In this document: positions 34,561-38,499 of the stretch, in pieces
Numbering within the stretch: position 1 is the first letter of the stretch
Layout: each line of letters begins with the position of its first letter
Source: Candidatus Woesearchaeota archaeon
Lineage (GTDB): Archaea > Nanobdellota > Nanobdellia > Pacearchaeales > GW2011-AR1
Assembly (NCBI GenBank): GCA_964555925.1
Contig: CAZKUJ010000003.1
Coordinates: 1 to 38,499, forward strand
DNA: 38,499 nucleotides
Direction of reading: 5' to 3'
Program-made: the position numbers and the translations under genes
The notes under the pieces: model-generated
The model's input: the letters and a program-made list of their open reading frames with translations, nothing else
The model's database searches: none
What the model was told of the DNA's origin: nothing

Positions 34561-35604
34561 ATGCTTACAAAAAAACAAGTTGAAGAAATAAAAGAGCACC
34601 TCTCAAAAGCTCAAAATCCAATATTTTTCTTTGATAATGATCCGGATGGATTTTGTTCTTTTCTTTTGCTCCAGAGATATATTGAAAGAGGGAGGGGTGT
34701 TCCAATAAGATCTTTTCCAGGATTAGATAAAGATTATCTTAGAAAAGTAAGTGAATTCAGAGCAGATTATATTTTTATTTTAGATAAACCTGTTGTTTCT
34801 GAGGAATTCTTCAGAGAAGTAGAAAAAATAAATATTCCTGTGGTTTGGATAGATCATCATGCTATTGAAAAAGAACTGATCCCTCATTTTGTTTCTTATT
34901 ACAATCCTTTATTTAATCGGTCTAAAAAAAATGAACCTGTAACCGCTCTTTGCTATCAAATAACTGATAAAAAAGATAATTTATGGATAGCTATGGTTGG
35001 ATGCGTTGCAGACCAGTTTATGCCTAAATTTTATAATTTCTTCAGGAAAAAATATCCAGATTTAGCGGCCTCATCAAAATATCCCCCAGACATTTATTAT
35101 CGCTCTCAAATCGGAAGAATTGCAAGACTTATGGATTTTGCCCTTAAAGATACAACAACAAATGTAATGAATATGGTAAGATTTATGATAAAAGTCAAAA
35201 CACCTTATGAGGTTCTTGAAGAAAATAGTAAGAATTATACAATGCACCGGAGATTTAAGCAAATAGAAATAAAATATCGGGATTTATTGAAAAAAGCAAG
35301 CCCTATTGGAAGAAATAAAGAGAAAATGCTTTTTTTTCAATATGGTGGAGATTTAAGCATAAGTGGAAATCTTTCAAATGAATTATACTATCTTTTTCCA
35401 GAGAAAATAATTGTTGTTGTTTATATCAAGGGAGCAAAAGCGAATGTTTCTATGAGGGGAAAGAAAGTTAGAGAAGTAATAATTGAAGCAATAAAGGGTC
35501 TTGAGAATGCTAGTGGCGGAGGCCATGAAAATGCTGTTGGTGGACAACTCAATATAGAAGATTTAGAGAAATTTAGAGAGAACCTTAAGAGACTTATCGG
35601 TTAA
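34561..35604 (+). CDS. DHH/DHHA1 family phosphoesterase
   Basis: DNDPDG, FILD, WIDHH, SMRG and GGGHENAVG motifs. ATG 34561 preferred over TTG 34546. Confidence 0.92.
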   Translation: MLTKKQVEEIKEHLSKAQNPIFFFDNDPDGFCSFLLLQRYIERGRGVPIRSFPGLDKDYLRKVSEFRADYIFILDKPVVSEEFFREVEKINIPVVWIDHHAIEKELIPHFVSYYNPLFNRSKKNEPVTALCYQITDKKDNLWIAMVGCVADQFMPKFYNFFRKKYPDLAASSKYPPDIYYRSQIGRIARLMDFALKDTTTNVMNMVRFMIKVKTPYEVLEENSKNYTMHRRFKQIEIKYRDLLKKASPIGRNKEKMLFFQYGGDLSISGNLSNELYYLFPEKIIVVVYIKGAKANVSMRGKKVREVIIEAIKGLENASGGGHENAVGGQLNIEDLEKFRENLKRLIG

Positions 35605-35607
35605 TTT

Positions 35608-37062
35608 TCAATAACTTTTCCCAATATAAACAACTTCTTTTGCAGGCTTGTTGCATATGGCGCAATTTCCAGAAGGAATTTCTTTTTTTGTTGCAAGGGA
35701 TCCCCGAACCTCTGCACTGATTTCCTTTTCAACATATTCTGCGCATTTTATTCCCTCTTTTTCTATTGAGCAAAAATTTGTTTTTGCGATTTTGCCTTCT
35801 TTAATTGTTTTTTTAATTTCTTCTTTTGTTTTACAATTTATTATATTGCTTTCCAATAATTTTTCAGCATTTTTCTTTAATCTACTGTCAAATTCTTCTG
35901 CATATTTCTTTAATTTGTTAAGATTTTTTAAAGAAAGAATTTCTTTTTTCATAATATCTCTTACAAATAAAGTTAAATTGTTCTTTTTCAGTTCTTTTTC
36001 ACCAATTTCAATTCTAAAGGGAACACCTTTTAATTCCCATTCGTTAAATTTCCAACCAGGAGTATAAAAATCTCTACTATCAATTTCAACTCGGTAGTCC
36101 TTAAGCTTGTTCTTTATTTTTTTCGCGTATGAAATTATTTTTTCTTTATTCTCTTTTGTATAAATTGGCACAATTATTAGTTGTGTTGGAGATATAGAAA
36201 ATGGAAGCACTAGTCCTTTGTCATCTCCGTGCGTTGATATTACAGACACCAAAATTCTTGAAATTGCCGGGCCGTATGCTGTTGTCCATAGATAATCCTC
36301 CCTTCCTTTTTCGTCTTTAAATTTCGCATCAAATGCTTTTGAAAATTTCTGCCCCATTAAATGTGTCGAAGGTTGTTGAATTAGTTTTCCGTCTGGCATA
36401 AGAACATCAGAACCTATGGTGTATTCAGCACCAGCAAATTTGTCCCAGGTGGGTCTTTTTAATGGAAGAAATGGAATTCCGAATTTCTGATGCATAATGC
36501 TTTCTGTAATCTGGATATCTTCTAAAACCTGGTCTTCTGCTTGTTTTTTTGTTGCAAAAGCATTGTGAGATTCTATCCATTGAAATTCACGCCCTCTAAT
36601 TAAAGGACGAGTTGCTTTTGTGTCTAATCTAAATACAGAACCTCTTTGGTAAAGTTTTAATGGCAAATCTCTATGACTTCTAATCCAAAGTTTGAACATA
36701 GGTGTGAAAAGTGTTTCACTTGTTGGACGAAGAGCGAGTCTGTCCTCTCCTTTTTCTGTCTTAAGCCAAAAAACTTCTGGCGTAAATCCCTGAACATGAT
36801 CTGATTCTTTTTTTAAATTTGCCTCTGAAATTACAGAGGGCATTATTACTGGCTTATGATTTTTTTCTTGAAGCTCTTCCTCGTAAAAATCATACATTTT
36901 TTCTATAATTAGAGTTCCCCATGGTCTTATTACGATAAATCCTTTGATTTCTAAACGAGTATCAACTATCTCTGCTTTTTCAATAATTTGAGAATACCAC
37001 TTACTAAAATCTTCTTTTTTTGCTGTTATACCTTCATTAGATTGTTTTTCTTTTTTTGTCAT
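35608..37062 (-). CDS. proS: Prolyl-tRNA synthetase (archaeal/eukaryotic type)
   Basis: LRPTSET, WIRSHRDLPLKLYQ, TPGWKFNEWELKGVP, C-terminal zinc domain and terminal Tyr. Confidence 0.97.
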   Translation of the reverse strand: MTKKEKQSNEGITAKKEDFSKWYSQIIEKAEIVDTRLEIKGFIVIRPWGTLIIEKMYDFYEEELQEKNHKPVIMPSVISEANLKKESDHVQGFTPEVFWLKTEKGEDRLALRPTSETLFTPMFKLWIRSHRDLPLKLYQRGSVFRLDTKATRPLIRGREFQWIESHNAFATKKQAEDQVLEDIQITESIMHQKFGIPFLPLKRPTWDKFAGAEYTIGSDVLMPDGKLIQQPSTHLMGQKFSKAFDAKFKDEKGREDYLWTTAYGPAISRILVSVISTHGDDKGLVLPFSISPTQLIIVPIYTKENKEKIISYAKKIKNKLKDYRVEIDSRDFYTPGWKFNEWELKGVPFRIEIGEKELKKNNLTLFVRDIMKKEILSLKNLNKLKKYAEEFDSRLKKNAEKLLESNIINCKTKEEIKKTIKEGKIAKTNFCSIEKEGIKCAEYVEKEISAEVRGSLATKKEIPSGNCAICNKPAKEVVYIGKSY

Positions 37063-37064
37063 TT

Positions 37065-37982
37065 TTAATTTAAGAGTATTCTATTCAGAGCTTTCGATGA
37101 AATTTCATTTACAGATTCCTTTATAAAGTTTGATTCAAGAGCAAAGCCGAGACTTTCTGCACTTCCAACTTTGAAATTATTTATTCCAATTACCAGGCCT
37201 TTTTTATTTATTAATGGGCCACCTGAATTTCCTGGATTTAATGCAGCATCAGTTTGTATATAGGAATTTACTCCATTTAATCCTTCTCGGTGCACAGCCG
37301 AAACAATTCCTTGAGAAGCAGAAAACTGAAGTCCAAGGGGATTTCCAATTGCAACCACCTTCTCTCCAATTTGTACTGTTTCTGAATCCTCTAAATTTAA
37401 TGGCTTGTATGGGCTTCCTTCAATTTTTAATAGAGCTATATCAAATGTGCTGTTATAACCAACAAAATCTGCATTAATTATTTGTTGTTGATATGTAATT
37501 ATTCTTATATTTGGGGCTAATCCTCCAAAACTATCTGCTAAAACATGTGCATTGGTCACAATAAACCCTTCATCATGAATTATAAAACCTGTTCCTTGTC
37601 CAAAATCTGTTTTTACAGTAACTACAGAAGAAATAACTGTTTCAATTATTCCTGAAAAATCTTCTCCAACAGAAGCTTTTAAGTAATTAAATTCTTCATA
37701 AATGATTCCTAGCTGTGAACTTGTTTGCTTGAGTTCTTCTTTAATTGAAATAAGGCCATCTGACAAAGAACCAATGTCTGATTTTGTTTCTAATCTTAGT
37801 TCATTTATTTGCTTATCAAATACTTTATAATGAAGCTCTTGCCGAACAAAAATCATATATGTAAATATGCTTAAAGTTACCATTAAAATAAGAATCAAAG
37901 ATGTAAAGCTTCCAATAATCCATTTGTGGTGCTTCTTTAAATGTATATGGTGAATCTTTTGCACACGCTTATCTGATGGCAT
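37065..37982 (-). CDS. HtrA/DegP-like trypsin-family serine protease, membrane-anchored, no PDZ
   Basis: TNAHV, DIALL and IQTDAALNPGNSGGPL triad motifs. N-terminal TM plus coiled coil. Confidence 0.93.
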   Translation of the reverse strand: MPSDKRVQKIHHIHLKKHHKWIIGSFTSLILILMVTLSIFTYMIFVRQELHYKVFDKQINELRLETKSDIGSLSDGLISIKEELKQTSSQLGIIYEEFNYLKASVGEDFSGIIETVISSVVTVKTDFGQGTGFIIHDEGFIVTNAHVLADSFGGLAPNIRIITYQQQIINADFVGYNSTFDIALLKIEGSPYKPLNLEDSETVQIGEKVVAIGNPLGLQFSASQGIVSAVHREGLNGVNSYIQTDAALNPGNSGGPLINKKGLVIGINNFKVGSAESLGFALESNFIKESVNEISSKALNRILLN

Positions 37983-38044
37983 TTAAATATTAAAATATTA
38001 ACATATAAAAACCTAACTTATTTTTATTTTGAAAGGCTTAGCAA

Positions 38045-38116
38045 AGGCTCGTAAGTCAACGGATAGACTCTTCGGCTTCGGACCGAAAAATGAGGGTTCG
38101 ATTCCCTCCGAGCCTA
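38045..38116 (+). tRNA. tRNA-Arg(TCG)
   Basis: AGGCTCG/CGAGCCT-A, D-loop GGATA (A20), arm TTCGG-CTTCGGA-CCGAA, T-arm GAGGG-TTCGATT-CCCTC. Confidence 0.93.
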
Positions 38117-38166
38117 TATTAGGCTGAAGACTTGGCATTTCATTAGAAATCTCCGAGCCTGTTAAA

Positions 38167-38499
38167 ATGATGAATAAAAAGAGGAAATTTTTTTCAGCAG
38201 CATTTACTTTAACAGGAACTATAATAGGGGCAGGAATACTCGGACTTCCGTATGTTTTTGCAAAAGCAGGATTTTTTATAGGTTTGTTTTGGCTTATTTT
38301 TTTAGGATTGATTCTTCTTTTTGTAGGCCTCTGCATGGGTGAAATTACATTAAGAACAAAAAAAATATATCAATTACCAGGATATTCAAATAAATATCTG
38401 GGTAAATGGGGTGGAAGAGTTATGTTTGTTGCAATTATTTTTGGAATTTATTCTGCTCTTTTAGCTTATTTGATAGGAGAAGGACAAAGTCTTTCAAAA
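38167..38499 (+). CDS. Amino acid permease (aromatic/HAAAP-like APC family), 3' end outside the window
   Basis: Manual translation: MMNKKRKFFSAAFTLTGTIIGAGILGLPYVFAKAGF...QLPGYSNKYLGKWG. Confidence 0.88.
   Translation, partial: MMNKKRKFFSAAFTLTGTIIGAGILGLPYVFAKAGFFIGLFWLIFLGLILLFVGLCMGEITLRTKKIYQLPGYSNKYLGKWGGRVMFVAIIFGIYSALLAYLIGEGQSLSK

Noticed and set aside
38013-38336. 107-aa minus-strand ORF
   Set aside because: It is antisense to tRNA-Arg(TCG) and the permease gene.

Overview
AT-rich archaeal chromosomal window. The gene set (eS1, eL42, eS8, eS17, TFB, TFE, GINS, Sm, EndA, deoxyhypusine synthase), the very compact spacing and the many apparently leaderless genes fit a DPANN archaeon. 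A Pacearchaeota/Woesearchaeota-like lineage is my inference, not a database result. Most of the window is core information machinery: partial ftsY, apgM, four aminoacyl-tRNA synthetases (Gly, Leu, Ala, Pro), RNase Z and seven tRNAs, two of which carry 37/38 introns. Four things stand out. (1) An operon encodes a class III (pilin-type) signal-peptide protein plus a 2151-aa Cys-rich exported protein ending in an NlpC/P60- or CHAP-like Cys-His domain, and it is bracketed by two tRNA plus small-membrane-paralog modules. (2) The GlyRS carries an N-terminal domain resembling small beta-sheet DNA-binding modules, and its TATA box is flanked by inverted and direct repeats, suggesting autoregulation. 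(3) A bacterial-type DisA with a degenerate HhH motif lies next to a DHH/DHHA1 phosphoesterase, a candidate c-di-AMP synthesis and breakdown pair. (4) There is an 18-aa Lys-rich microgene with its own TATA-like box and Shine-Dalgarno site. I saw no CRISPR array, rRNA, integrase or transposase. All calls come from reading motifs by eye.
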